Below, piece after piece: positions 1-13,200 of a stretch of DNA of 64,000 nt (position 1 is its first letter; each line of letters opens with the position of its first letter). A program made the translations under genes and the position numbers. The DNA is from Oikopleura dioica. Taxonomy: Eukaryota; Animalia; Chordata. The notes under the pieces were generated by a model. That model ran no database searches, had not been told where the DNA came from, and saw only the letters and a list, made by a program, of their open reading frames with translations. The DNA lies in contig OU015568.1 of the NCBI GenBank assembly GCA_907165135.1, positions 8,990,001-9,054,000 of the forward strand, in the 5' to 3' direction.

Positions 1-1698
1 GTATTGCTCGTTTCTGGTCCAAATGGTTGTGGAAAACTAACAGCTATAAAATCGGTCTGCCACGAAGAAAGAATCGATATCCAAGGAATGGCTCAAATAA
101 AAGTATAACCGACTCCCATTTCGATTCAAATAATAAATTTGAATTACTAAAATGCCCCATTAAGCCATCATAAGAATATGTGTGTGCAGAAGATTCAAGT
201 ACAGAGGAAGAAAACCTCTTCGACGTCTCCTACGCCGTCTTCCGTGACCCTTCAGCACGCGATTTCATGAGCTTTGTCTACCAAAGAACTCTCTTCCGCA
301 GTGAAACTCGGAAACAACTGCTCGTCATTAAAGAACTGCCCTATTCGCTCGCAGAGAATCCACTAGAATTTGAGAAAATTGCAATAACGCTTCAAAAGGC
401 CCACATCCCTACAATCATAATCACAAATACGCCCCGGCTGTATCCAAATTTGCTCGTCACATTCCGCCATGTACAGTTTTTAAAAGTTGCCGCGACGGCT
501 ATGAAAAAAGTCTTGGGAAAATTCAAGAATTTGAGCACTAAGGACATAAAAGAAATCGTCGATGCAGCGGATGGAGATGTAAGACAGGCACTAAATATGG
601 TCCATTTTAACTCGAGGTAAAAAAATATTTTGAAAACATGGTTGGCAGTGTCAAACTGACGTGTTAACTGTAAATGACTGTTCTTTTAGACGCGTAGCAG
701 GAACAAACAAGGTCACTTGTGAGCAGGGCGATTCAAAGCTGCTCCTGTTTCGTGCGCTTGGCCGAATCCTCTACTCAAAAAGATTAGACACCCGGGAGCA
801 GTCAAAGTTCAGGTAAAAATGTGACAAAAACAAAATTACACCTCGGCTAATCCGCTGTAATCCGCACGACCCCCTTGACCCGGAACAAATTTAGAGCTGG
901 ATTAAAATTTTAAAATTCTCAAATTTAGAAATTTCTCGCTCGAACCGAGTCTTCAGCGGCGCGAACTACAGTATCCAGAGCCAGAAGCACAGTGCCTCAA
1001 TGCAGGATTCATGCCAAGTAGCTTCTCTGAGTTTTTGCATGAGAATCTGCCCAGATATATTCCAGGGGAGAATATGGAGCAATACAACCACTTTATGGAC
1101 GACTTTTCTTTCGGTAAAAATACTCATGCAAATCTCAAACAAATTAAACATAGCCGATCAGTTTTCTAAATTCATGGGCTACGGTAACGATCATTTGAAA
1201 AACTACGAAGCTGCTGTGTCTTGCCGCAGTCTGAGTTTCTGGAACCCCAATCCAGTCAAACCTTCTGGCTTCGGAACCGGAGCCCTGCATAAACCAGCAG
1301 CGATTGATCACAGAAAAAAAGCGCTAGAAAATCGAGCAAAGCTTTGCTCCCATCGATTAGTCAATTTTGATGGTTCCGTGGCGGATATAGCGGCGGATTC
1401 GCTCCCTGGACTGGCGAAAATCAAACCGCAAGCGCTGAAGACCATGTTTTTGGATGATATGGTTAGGTTTCCAATCAGAGCAGGAGCAAACTACAATAAG
1501 CTTCATGAAAATGATGTTGTAAAGTAATAAGTTCATCTGTAGAGAGCAATTTCACTCATTCAAAATTCTAGTGCGGACGATGAAATGGAAGTTAACGTAA
1601 CTCACGCAGAAAGAATTCAAGCAGCAAAAGAAAAAGAAGAGCGCGAGAAATACGAATGCGACGTTCAAATTGATGATACCGATGACTGGAACTTCTAA
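1..1698 (+). CDS. RAD17: Cell-cycle checkpoint clamp loader RAD17 (5' end outside window, multi-exon)
   Basis: Frame 1 opens with VLLVSGPNGCGKLT (Walker A). Later exons give GDVRQALN and LLFRALGRILYSKR, typical of RAD17. The last exon ends DDTDDWNF* at 1696-1698. The first intron 86-174 is GA-AG. Confidence 0.85.
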
Positions 1699-1823
1699 GA
1701 TTCCAAACTACTCATTTTTCATAAAACTACTGAAAAGTTTATTTTTTATTCAAACGATCCAAGCACATTTTTCATTTTTGTCAGCCTGTTGAATAGACAG
1801 TTCAAAATATATAAACATAATCG

Positions 1824-2125
1824 TCAAAGTATTGCTTTTATTCGATTCCGGATGACTGTAAATGCCTCTTTATGTTCCTCCAGAAATTTGGCTGTTCTTT
1901 CTTCTTTGTCAGGTTCATCAGCAGATACTTTCAGCAAAAGAGGGATGATGACAGGAAAGCTAAACTTACGAAATTTTATAATGTATATTCTAGAGGATTT
2001 TTATCGAAGAAAGCATTACCTGAAAACTCGGCAGGAATCTGAAAACTCTTTTTACATACATACGTATTTCCTCTCATTGGCCAAAGAGGCTGAAAAGGGA
2101 CCGGAAATGTAGTGTTCAGCTGTTA
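1824..2125 (-). CDS. Possible small spliced gene of unknown function (start not resolved)
   Basis: Minus-strand GT-AG junctions can join to ...FPVIIPLLLKVSADEPDKEERTAKFLEEHKEAFTVIRNRIKAIL*. No family recognised. Confidence 0.3.
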
Positions 2126-2495
2126 TGAAACAGTGTGTATTTCTTGATCACTTTTCCTGGTAATCTTTTCCTGATCGCGTGTGATAGAACATTGATAATA
2201 ATCAGCAGCTGGTGTCTTAGTGTTGCGTCCCGCCGCGCCGGACCAACCGGTCACATCAAATAGACACTCTGCATTTGACATTGTCCCGTGACATTTTTGA
2301 ATATCCGTCAGCTGCCGATCCGGAGCAGCGTCAGCGTGTGTTGGCAGCTAGTTCTGTCGCCTTAGCACCATCCTGTGGCCAACTCGAGGCTCTATACATA
2401 TCTGGGCACGCGTCCTTGAGGTCATTCACAGCTCATTCACCTCCAGTCAAATCACTAAAAACCTTTTCCAAAGCAGAGATCAAACTTGAAACAAA

Positions 2496-3488
2496 ATGAG
2501 TTCTCTTCCGGTCAGAAAACTTTATCAGAAGATGGGAGAACAAATTGATGCTCAAATTGATGCAGTAGTGCACATCGAAAACTCAGTCTACTTGCGCTCC
2601 AAGTCTATTACAAATGACCAGCTCAGTCTCAAGCATTTCCTGGACTACGCCATCTCGCTTCTTTGTAAGTTATTTTTCAATTATTCTCATTTGCATTCTT
2701 TGCTAAATTTATTTCAAAACAGTTGTCTAATCTCTCATTCAGGCTTTCCGAAATTCGTTGACCAAGACTACGAGCTCCAGATCAAGCAGAACAACACAGG
2801 CATCTTCTACGGCATTGTCACATTTGCTGATTCTCAAGTTGCGCAAATGCTTATCGAAGATCATCCAATTTGCTTCAAGGAAGACCACATTTTCATCACT
2901 TCGGCATATCTTCAGCCTCGCCGAAACATTTCCTCCTGGAAGCAGAACAACGCGAAGCGAACTTCCCCTCCTCGAGTTTCTTCTTACAATTCCTCGCACA
3001 ACCGTCAGTCGCGACTAATGCCCAGCTCTTATCCCGCTCCAATTTCTCCACCAACGCCGACTCGTGCCCAACCAAAGCCGATTTCTCCGCCATCTTCCGC
3101 CGCAAGCTCCTGGCAAATGCCCAAGCCTCGCTTCGCTGACAATCTAAGCGATCTTTCCCGCCGCTTGGACCAAATCAAGCTCGACCAATTTGCGCCAAAA
3201 ATCGAAGTCCACCGCAAACCAGATCTTTTCGATTCCGGCAACTCATCACCGGATGATTTTTCTTTCAATTCTTTCGCCCGCTCCAAGCCTCACCGACGAG
3301 ATGACCAGATCTTTTCTTTCCGATCGCAGATGGAGCCCGAACTTTCATACCCCTTCGGATCGGCTCGCCTTCACTTTCCAAACCCGAATCTTCTCTCCTT
3401 CTCCCGATCTTCATCCTTCAACGACGAGGACGAATCTTTCGATCGCCTATTTGCTCCACCAGCGGAGAGCCTAACCCTTTTTAACTAA
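2496..3488 (+). CDS. RRM-like domain protein with Pro/Ser-rich tail
   Basis: 330-aa ORF containing a likely 78-nt in-frame intron (GTAAGT at 2665, TTCAG ending at 2742). An RNP1-like segment YGIVTFADSQVAQMLI is followed by a low-complexity S/P/R region. Confidence 0.5.
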   Translation: MSSLPVRKLYQKMGEQIDAQIDAVVHIENSVYLRSKSITNDQLSLKHFLDYAISLLCKLFFNYSHLHSLLNLFQNSCLISHSGFPKFVDQDYELQIKQNNTGIFYGIVTFADSQVAQMLIEDHPICFKEDHIFITSAYLQPRRNISSWKQNNAKRTSPPRVSSYNSSHNRQSRLMPSSYPAPISPPTPTRAQPKPISPPSSAASSWQMPKPRFADNLSDLSRRLDQIKLDQFAPKIEVHRKPDLFDSGNSSPDDFSFNSFARSKPHRRDDQIFSFRSQMEPELSYPFGSARLHFPNPNLLSFSRSSSFNDEDESFDRLFAPPAESLTLFN

Positions 3489-3721
3489 TTTCTGTATTTA
3501 TTCATTTTATCCTTCTCATCATTTTAGTCCTCCTTTCTTCATCGAATGAAACTTCATTCCCTACTTCTTTCATTTGTGCCGTGTTTTCCTCAACCCTGTC
3601 TTTATAAAAAATAAAGCCTAAAAATCAACAAGATATTTTTCGAATTAAAATATTTATTTTCCCTTAGGAGTCGAGTTAAAGCATAGAATTTTACGGTTGT
3701 CGTTTTCAACAGAGAAGGTGT

Positions 3722-5610
3722 TTACAACTTAGCAGTGCTTGCGAGCTTGGCAGCGAGTTCGGCGGCGGCTTTGGCAGCAGACTCGTTGACCGTCGAAAGC
3801 TTGAGATCTTTGTTGGTGACGGTCTTGTCTCGGTTCATGTGGGCGGTGAGTTCATAAGGACTGAAGATTTTTTAGAAACCGTAATAAGAGGACTTCACTT
3901 ACTCATATTCGAAAGCAATGTCACCAGTCTCATCGAGAATAGTGGTTCGAACGAAGACATCAGTGACAGCGTAAGGATCGCAGTTCGAAGATGGTCGTCG
4001 ATCCTCAAAGTATCCACAGCCGTGGTCGTCGACGAGTCGAGGAATTCGGATGGAGCAACCTCGGTTGGCAGTTCCGTAGGAGAAGTCCATGACGGAAGAA
4101 GTCTCGTGGAGACCAGTGAGTCGTCGGAGGTTGTCTCGGCCACCTTGTGGATCGTAAGCCTGATTTCATTTAGTAAGTACTTAATTTTTACGAGGCCATT
4201 TTACCTTGATGTGTAGGTTGTGTCGGCCTCGGAGTTTCTCGATAGCTTTGTAGATGACTTCTCGTCCACCTGGCTGTCGCATGGACTCGGTGGAGTAGTT
4301 GACGTGGCAACCAGCGCCGTTCCAGTCACCCTTAATGGGCTTGGGGTCGAAGCTGCAGACGACACCGAAGTCCTCGGCAACTCGGCAGAGGAGGTATCTG
4401 ATATTGAATTGAGATATCTTATGCGTTGATGCTTTCTTACCGGGCCATCCAGAGCTGATCACCCATTTCGATACCTTCGCAGGGTCCAACCTGGAACTCC
4501 CACTGGGCAGGCATAACCTCAGCGTTTGTGCCGGAGATCTGGATGCCAGCGTAGAGGCAAGCTCGGTAGTGAGCTTCAACAACATCTCGGCCGTAGATGT
4601 TGTTGGATCCAACAGCGCAATAGTAAGGGCCCTGGGGTCCGGGGTAACCCTGCTTGGGCCATCGGTAAGGGTGGCCATCAACGTCGAGCATGGTCCATTC
4701 TGAAAGGTGTGTCATTTGGTATCTAGGTCAACGCCCATAATTAGTTTTACGATGTTTCATCATTAGGGCCGGGTTTTAATGAGGTTCTGTTTTATGATGC
4801 GATCTTTCGAAATATGCATTTTTGATGAAACCTGCACCGTATCTCCTTATTTAGATCTTAGTAAACGTCAGGCGCTGTGCTGAGCCGTTATGTAAGTATC
4901 ATGCGCGCCAGTAGCTCTATGTCTGGTGGAGGTGGAGAGTTACTTACCTTGCTCCATGCCGAACCATGGCTTCTCGTCCTTGACTTTTTCCATGACTCGG
5001 GCGCAAGAAGCTCGGTGGTTGGTACCAGCTGGCTTCTTGTCGGAGTCGAGGACCTCAGAGAGGACGAGGATGTGAGGAGCTCCTCGGAAGGGATCTGGGA
5101 AGATTCGAACAGGCCTAGAATATTATAAAAAAGGATAAAGGCAAAGAAACTTACTTGAGGTAGCAATCAGAGTTTGAACCCTCGGCCTGGCCAGTGGAGG
5201 AACCGTCATAGTTCCATTCTGGCAGCTCAGAAACATCCTTGGGGACCTTGGTCAAGGTTCTGGTCTTTCCTCGCATGGATTCACCAGTACCATCGATCCA
5301 GACGTACATGGCTTGGACATTGCCACGGGTGTCCAAGTTCATGTAATGCTGAAGTGCCTAAAAATAGACAAGCGTTAATTTTTCATTGAAAAAGAAGCAT
5401 GAGGGGTGACTGAGTTCAAGTTTAAACACCTCGGGGTCGTTTGTGAAGAACAAAACATATTGAATCTATTGTGAAATCATTTTAAGGCATTCAAAAGCAA
5501 TCGTTTTCATTAAAAAAACCGTCACATTTTCACAAAATTCAAACTTTAGACTTCACCAAAATCGATACTTTCGCCATTAAAAAATAGTAACTTACTTCTT
5601 TGCTTGACAT
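3722..5610 (-). CDS. GLUL: Glutamine synthetase (type II), multi-exon
   Basis: Spliced translation MSSKE|ALQHYMNLD...YVWIDGTGE...[63 protein letters not shown]. Canonical GT-AG introns. Confidence 0.97.
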
Positions 5611-6347
5611 CTTTCTCGAGTTTACGGAATGATAAGGAAAACCGATTCAATCTGAATTATATAGGGTTGTTTTATTGGTACTCTCTAACGCCTGAATCTC
5701 TCGGGGTCGTTGTGGAGTTGTGGTGCCGTCTGAGGCGTATTGTCGAACGCGATCTCTCCGTGGCGATCTGTTGCGTCACGTCGTAGGTTTTCTTTTAACC
5801 AGAATTGATGGTATCGAATGCCCAAAAGCATGCACCGAACGGTTTTCGTTTCAATTCAAATCTGTTTTCCACGAAAATCAGCTTCTTGTTTTCGAAGGCC
5901 GATAGTACCCTTGTGTGGACTTTGACATTAGGGACAGCTGCTAACAAATAGAGTTGAGCCGAGCAAAGTCCGAAATCGGAATAATAATATCGGGATTAAC
6001 GAGAATCAGTGGCTCACAGAGCTCTGGAAATCCTGCATGAGAAGTGTCTGTAAACAAAACAATCCTCATCATAACAATAGTTCCTTAGAATCGACAGTTA
6101 TGTTTTTTAATGACCATCAAAAATGATGGTATAAGTATACTCTTGAAGGTCGATTGCAATTTGAAAAAGGTGAAGATTATCGATAATTGCGCGAAAGCTC
6201 GCAAAAGATCTCAAGATTTGTTATGCCAAGTTCGCGTCTTTCGCTAAGACAAGACAATCCAAATTTCGAATTTTACAAACGATAAGAGAAAGGCATGAAA
6301 ATTTAACTTCTTCTTGCAAATTTGACACTTGGCTCTTTGGTCTTCAG

Positions 6348-7396
6348 AGAACCAAGACCTGACCATGATGACAAGGCTGCAACTGCTCGTTGGCTAATGA
6401 GACGAACTTTTTGGGGCTCCTTATCGACGATCTCCACTCTTCCCGCGATAAAAGATACGGATTTATGGAAAAAAACCAGATCGATAAGTAAATTTGACCT
6501 ACGATAACCTCATGTCTAAAAACAAGCAAAAAATCCGAAAATCAGACAGACCCTTTTCAAATATTATCTCATTTGCGGAAGGATTCCCAGGAAACTCAAC
6601 AGGACTTGCTCGAAAACGAAGAACAAGATCGAACGTGACCTTGGAAAAACACTCAACTTTCGAATCATTCAATTTTTCTGAGCATGAAAAAAGGTCAACC
6701 CTACTTTTTCGTAAGCTCCCTAGACCAAAGCATGGCAGATTTGCGAGCCTTCAATTATGCGTCGCTTGCTGTCTCAGGTAAGATCATCAGTCTTTTTGGT
6801 TCTCATCCTCTTCGTGGGAGCGTCAAAAAAGACTATCTCGCTTGATTGTAGTTATTGATTCAAAACATGTTTTTCAGAAGCCGCTTCGGGCCCATGTGGA
6901 ACTGGCACAGGTATTTTTTTCTAACATAAGGGTAGCATAAGTTTCCTAACAATGAAAACTTTATTTGCAGTCACAAATGATCCAGAAGATCCACGCTGTG
7001 TTCGCTTGGTTTTGAATGGAAGCTGGACAAAGGTACTCTCTATTCACTTTTGACAGTATCTGGGTCGCTGGGGTCTGAGAAAGACTGTCATTTTTACAGG
7101 CTTTAAATTTGATCGTTTTTCGACAATTTTCAGGTCCCTGTTCATTCGCAAGAATGGGTACTCGCCAGAAGAAATCTTTTCAAACACCATCCTGAAATGA
7201 AAGACTGGGAATCAATGGGAACTCATGACTGGTTCCTGGCAAAGTAAGCCAACTGTCATAAAATTTCCAAACAGCATTTTCTTTCAGGCTCGAAATTGAC
7301 CATCTTTGGTTGATTGACTGGTTTGGTGGTGGATACGAAATGCCCCTTTCAGACTACTTTTCCGGTTCCGACGGCATCGGAAACAGCCTAAAATAA
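6348..7396 (+). CDS. CREG1: CREG-family protein (first exon/signal peptide not located)
   Basis: Exons translate to AATARWLMRRTFWGSLSTIS, PFSNIISFAEG, GQPYFFVSSL, DPEDPRCVRLVLNG, LFKHHPEMKDW, DWFLAKLEIDHLWLIDWFGG. This matches the CREG motif order. Confidence 0.85.
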
Positions 7397-8882
7397 AAAC
7401 TGCGATACACTTGAATAAACGTACCATCTAAAAATGGTTTATTGCTATTGTGAATAACAATTTTACGAGGATGCGGTCTGATGACCCACTAACCTGGGCG
7501 GGACCAGTTTTCATTTTTATGAAGGATCAGAAAGCGCCTACTTTTCGAATCGTTAATTCCACCATCTATCATTATTTATCTTCCTTCGTGTCTTTCTCGT
7601 GGGAGTAATAGTCACGAGAAAGATAAAAAATCCTTCGGATTTACGTAAATAAACTAATTACCACTCCGTTGCGGTAAAAAAACAACTCGCAAACAACTTT
7701 ATTTGTTGATTAATACAGGATTGAATAGATGCAGAAATCTCAAAAGCTATAAATAACCGGTAGTTATTAGTTGATAACATTTCTATAAATCATAAAAGAA
7801 GAGGCTATAATTCTTCGTGATTATAAAGGAAATAGGTCAGTTTTGCAGGACCACCATGATCGTTTTCTTTTTTAAATGTGTGCCAAATTGATGTCTCGAT
7901 GTCTGCCAAAAAGCTTTATGGCAATCTTTCAATAAAATCCCGAATTTAATCTCGAAATCGATCATAATTTTGGCTTATTTTGGCCATAACTTGGGATTTC
8001 GTAAAAGTAGGTCACTCGGTTTAGGGTAGACCTTTAAAATACCAAAGCGAGTCTTAATAAAAAGACGGTGACATGTTCATAAATTCAAGCAAAATCAACA
8101 AAGATCATCAACCTATTTCACCAGCTGCGAGTTGCCTTCTGAGCCGGTGGGTGTGTCGCTCAATAACTCTATTAACCTCGATTCACGGGTTCTAGTTGAA
8201 TGCTAACAACATCGTATATTTTCGATGAAAAAACGAGCTTTGATTGAATTCAATGATATATTTTTTCGATAGGAAATGATGACAATAAGTACCAAAAGCC
8301 TATTTAAAGATCTTCGCGGTCTGTAGTCATGGTGGAGTACTTCCTAGTGGAAAAAATCATTTTCCTTTTATAGATTGAATTTATCTTTATCCAGTATGGG
8401 GATATAAATTTTATAAACTCGATTGTAGGGAGGAGTGTAAGTTTGTGTCATCACTGTAGGAAAAAGTTTCACCAGTATTTCTCAATTAATTCTCTTGTGT
8501 TCTGGATCATCCGAATGACCACCAAGAGCTTCTATCCAATGCTTTTATAGCAGCTGTTTTTATTTTTCTTGTCAGGGGCCCCACACGAAGGGTTTTAACC
8601 TTTGACTATTTTTTATTTATGGCAGGGAACACACAAGCAGTCGGTCAAAAATAATTATTATTAGACGCTCCATTAGAGGGTCTTCAATGATTACTTCATC
8701 AAAGACAACTTCAGTCGAACCAATGATGCCAATGGGCTTGAAAATTTGACCCCGCTTCCGACTGATTGAGATCTGAATTGAGTTTTACGAGCGCTAGCAA
8801 TTAGCGGAAAGGGAGATATAAAGCTGGAATGAGTTCGAAATCATTATCAATTTTCAAATACGAAAACTACAAGGAAGAAGTT

Positions 8883-9585
8883 ATGGGCTGCTTTTTGGCA
8901 AAATTGAGCGAAGAAGAGATTCTTGAGCTTGAAAAGAGCACGCCTTGTAAGACGCCCATCCCATAAATTTTATTTCAATCCAAACTTTTAGTCTCCAGGA
9001 GCGAAATAATCGATTGGCACGAATGTTTCTACACTGACAGTCCTGGCGGGGCGATGAATCAATTCGAATTCACGAAGATGTACTGTCAATTCTTTCCAAA
9101 AGGAGATCCAACCGAGTTCTCAAAGTTTCTCTTCAAAAATTTCGACGAAAACGGCGATGGATCGATCGAATTTACGGAGTTTCTGAGTGCGATTTCGATG
9201 ACTTCCCGCGGCTCAATTGAGCAAAAACTAGAATGTAAGCTTCATTTTGTAAAACGGCTTTTGAGACCATCTTCAGGGGCGTTCAAACTGTATGATATCG
9301 ACGGAGACGGAGCAATCACAAAGGAAGAAATGCTTCAAATTGTCAGGGCGATGTTCTCGATGTTCGGAGACGACGCGATCAAGAACTTGGAAGAAAATAC
9401 GCCAGAGAAAAGGGTCGAGAAAATCTTCTCGCTCGTCGACACTGTAATTAAAGACTTTGATGTAAGAGTGATGAGAATTTTTTAAGGATGGAAACGGGGA
9501 TTTGTCGAAAGAAGAGTTTATTCAAGCGGCGAAACTGGACTCGGCAATTGTCAGTGCGCTTTCTTTGTACGATGGACTTATCTAA
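8883..9585 (+). CDS. NCS1: Neuronal calcium sensor 1 / frequenin-like EF-hand protein
   Basis: MG N-terminus, QFFPKGDP, EF hands DENGDGSIEFTEF and DIDGDGAITKEEM, C-terminus SALSLYDGLI*. Three canonical introns. Confidence 0.9.
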
Positions 9586-10265
9586 TCTGGGTTTTTTAAA
9601 TTGCAGTAAAAATTTTACACCTATTCAAGAAAATGATATTATAAAATGACACTTATTTCAATGGTTACAACATCGAAGTAGAAACGGTACATTTGAAAAA
9701 TCATCACTTTATTCGCTGTTCGAGAGATTGTTTTCAATTTCTGAGATAACTCTGAATAAAATAAATAATAACATGCTCCCTCATTGATTCTAACTATTGA
9801 TTTTACGCAGAAAAGTGTCCTTTTTGCGAAATATCTCGAGCTTGAATGTTCCTTCGCGCGGTGATTGGCCGCCCTCGCTTACTTTCGTCAATGATTCTCC
9901 TTGAAAAACGCTTGTGTGAAAAGAAAACTAAAGTTTTTAAAGTTTGTAAATACAAAAATGAATTGAATGCTAAGAGACTGACTGTGCACCTCTTCCTCTT
10001 TCTTCACAATTATTTTTAAAAATGAATTCTAGAGTTCATAGAATTATATGATTGATATAACAAATGTATCTTATAGGGTACTCTTGTTTTCTGTGACAAA
10101 ATATTTGTTAAAAAAATAAAAATTTTATTTTAACAATTGTTACATTTGTTATTATTAATTGATGAGTTCTGTTTACTGAAACTTCAAGTTTCGATCTATA
10201 AAGTATCTCTAGAAAATTCGTGTGCCTGCGTAACTCTTCAAAAAACGGCCCGAGCTGCCGTGAAT

Positions 10266-13200
10266 ATGGACTGGGCTGAGTTAGTGTCCCATATTCGCCA
10301 GAAAAACAGCCGCCACAGAGTTCAAATCGACTCGCGCTGCTTTGACGGGTAAGCCAAAAATAATCCTTCCTAAATCAAACATGAATATTTTATTTTTCCC
10401 TAGCTTGAAAAATGTCGAAATCGGAAAAGAAAGCGCCGTTCTGGCGGCTTCTTTTGCACTCTATTCAAACGCCGGCCTCCGCCAAGATCAATTTGACTTT
10501 TTGCTGAAAATCCTGAACACGAATTGGGGCGATTATGCTGCAATTGGAGTTGTCTATGGACTATCTTCTAAGTCCTTCGATGGGAAACAGTTCATTGACG
10601 TTTCTTTCAACGGAACCAAGAAATATCCTGAGAAAACAAAAGAAGAAAATCCGGATTTCTCGATTCACAGGAAATTGGCTTCCGAATTCTAAAAAATAAT
10701 AAGCTAGATTTATAAAATGTATTATTTAAAATGCCTATAAAAGTCTGAAAGTCTACCGCCGATGGACCGATGTGTCTGAGCCCCATCTCCTTGCATTTTC
10801 GACAGCCCTCATTGAAAAGCTTTCAACTCCTCGAATCAACGCCCTCGTCTATTCTTCCAAATTCCTGACCTACACTTCCAAGACCTTACCGAGCGAGAGG
10901 CAGAATGAAATGTTCACCCACGTCATCAACGCCTTGTCTAAAATGCTCATCGACAACTCGAACATCAACGAAATGAAGAATCTCGGGAAGAGCTTCCTCA
11001 CTGACTTTTGCAACGATGAAGCGTCGATTGAAGGCGTGGCGAAAATGTGCGCCGCTGCGGAAAATGCGGAATACGAAGCAAAGATCTTTGTCATCAGGGT
11101 TAGTGGAGAAACAATCGTGCAGAACCATCATCTTCGTGAGAAAATCCTGCCAATTGTCACTCCCCTCGCTATCGCCACTCTCGCTGAGTGCGACGACGAC
11201 GATGAATCGGATATCCTCCGCGTTCTCGACGAAATCGACAGTTTGAGCATCCAAGAGTTGAAAAACCTCCGCCAGAGCATCGTCAATCTCCGCTTCCGTC
11301 GGAGCGTCTCCTTCAACATCACGCTGATGGAAATCTTCCAGAAACACACTTCTAAATTCCCTCTCGGTCAGTTTTGGAAGGAATTCGGGATCTATGACGA
11401 GTCTGATGAGCGATTTTCCTTCAATATCACCCTCATCATCGACGATTTCATCAAATCTCTCAACGATCCTACCAAGTATGAGTGGCTCCAACAGTTTTTC
11501 AATCTGGCCATCGATGGAATTCTTGCCGGCGCAAAGCTCGACAAAACCGCGCAAATCATGAACATCCTCGCCCTCATGACACTGGAAATCAAAAAGATTC
11601 CCGAAAACAACCTGGCTTCGACTGTCCTCCGAATTTTCGAGAAACTATCCTCGAGTTCGACCTCGATCGTCAATTCTTTCGAAATCCTGAATCTCTTCGA
11701 CTTCATCCTTTCAGAAGAAGACGAAGAAAAGAAGATCCAGAAGTCCTTGTTTCATAAAATCATGGCCGCACGAGTCGATGTATTCGTTGAAAACAAGGTT
11801 CATCTTGAAGAAGAAACTTTTGAAGAACTCAAAGGAATATCAAAAGAAGGATCGACCTTCAAAAAGCTCTCGTACCGTCAAAAGACTGTATGACCGACGA
11901 GATCTTACAGGCCCAGCTAATTTCCATGATCGAGACTGACAAAGACGAAAAGTTCCGGGATTTATCCGCATCAATGCTGAAAAACATCAATCCAGAAAAC
12001 ATCATCCTTTTGTTGCGACTTTCGAGAAAATTGAACATTCAGCAATACCATCCGGTCCTGGAGATATTTGCCAATGATCAAGGGGGAATCGAGACCATCG
12101 ACAGTGTCCTCGACTTCGCCAGTTCGCAAATTGGGAAAGGAGATATTGCCAGTTGGGACGTGCAAACCGCTACGACTCTTGGGTTTTACTTAGCCATGGT
12201 GAAGAATCAATTGAAAAAAGATGATTCCGGGGAGTTTGCGAAAAAAGTCATCGACTTTGGCGCCGCAGTGATAAATAATTACATCGAAAACATCGTTCTC
12301 TTCGCGCAAAAGACGATCGACACTGCTGACGACAACCCATTGCAACTACTTTGCTCGAAATACTTCGATGAACAAGCTAAAGTCTCCTGCCGAACAAAGA
12401 TGTACGAGGCGCAGCAGTGGGGAAGCTACAAAGATACGAAGAACATCTTTAAATTCGACAAATTTGGTCTCGATGGGCTTCTCGCACTCATCAAGAATAC
12501 CGAAAATGTCAAGAAAGATAACGTCATCTCAATTGGCGGAGTTGGTGGTCTTTTTGCGCTGGAAACAGCGGCCGAAATGTTCGAGGAAAAATACAACACA
12601 GAAAAAATCGTCAAAATCACCTTCCAGATGTTTTGCGATTTAATTACAGCATCAATTGAGAAGCTCCAAAAAATCGAGCAGCTGAAAACTGTCAGTGCGC
12701 AAAACATCGACGCCTTGGTGATCGCCGGAGTAAAGCTTGCAAACTCGTCGATCTTCAACAACCTCGAAAAAATTCCTTTGAAGGAATTCACCACTAATGA
12801 AAAAGTAGAATCGTTGCTGAACGAACTGCTTCTTGGCGAACTCATGAAGCTAATCGATTTGAGCCTTGATGAAGGAAGTGTGACGAGATCGTTCATTATC
12901 GGTTCGCATGAAGGAATCCGACTTGTGCTGGATCAGCGGCTTCTTCCTAATCAAACTCTCGTGAACGAGGAAACTGTTCTCAAGATCTTTCAGTACATTG
13001 TCTTGATCACGAACGAATCCTACGGATTAACATGCCAGTTTTTGAAAATTCTCTTGACTCACCGATCTGCTGATGTCACAAAAACTAAGATGAAGCTTCT
13101 CACCGACGAGTTATTGAATCTTGTTCGAGCAGAATCCGCCACCCAAACGGATGTTTCCGAGCTTTTAGAAATTATCAACGCCAAATGCGAACGAACGCTG

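Noticed and set aside
4892-4899. ATACTTAC (U1 snRNA 5' end) on the minus strand in a glutamine synthetase intron, plus scattered C-box-like TGATGA
   Set aside because: No U1 stem-loops, 70K loop or Sm site follow, and no properly placed sense-strand D box. The motif is just the reverse complement of a GTAAGTAT string.
7450-8800. AT-rich 1.3-kb gap with broken minus-strand frames, considered as a NUMT (TGA=Trp) or a decayed retroelement
   Set aside because: TAA stops remain under the mitochondrial code, and there are no recognisable protein motifs, TIRs or TSDs. Left unexplained.
11890-11893. ATGA stop/start overlap between the 373-aa and 1353-aa ORFs, resembling translational coupling of two genes
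   Set aside because: The second frame is already open from 11824 and a one-base indel at the A5 run gives a continuous UBR4-sized protein. Similar breaks occur elsewhere in the window.
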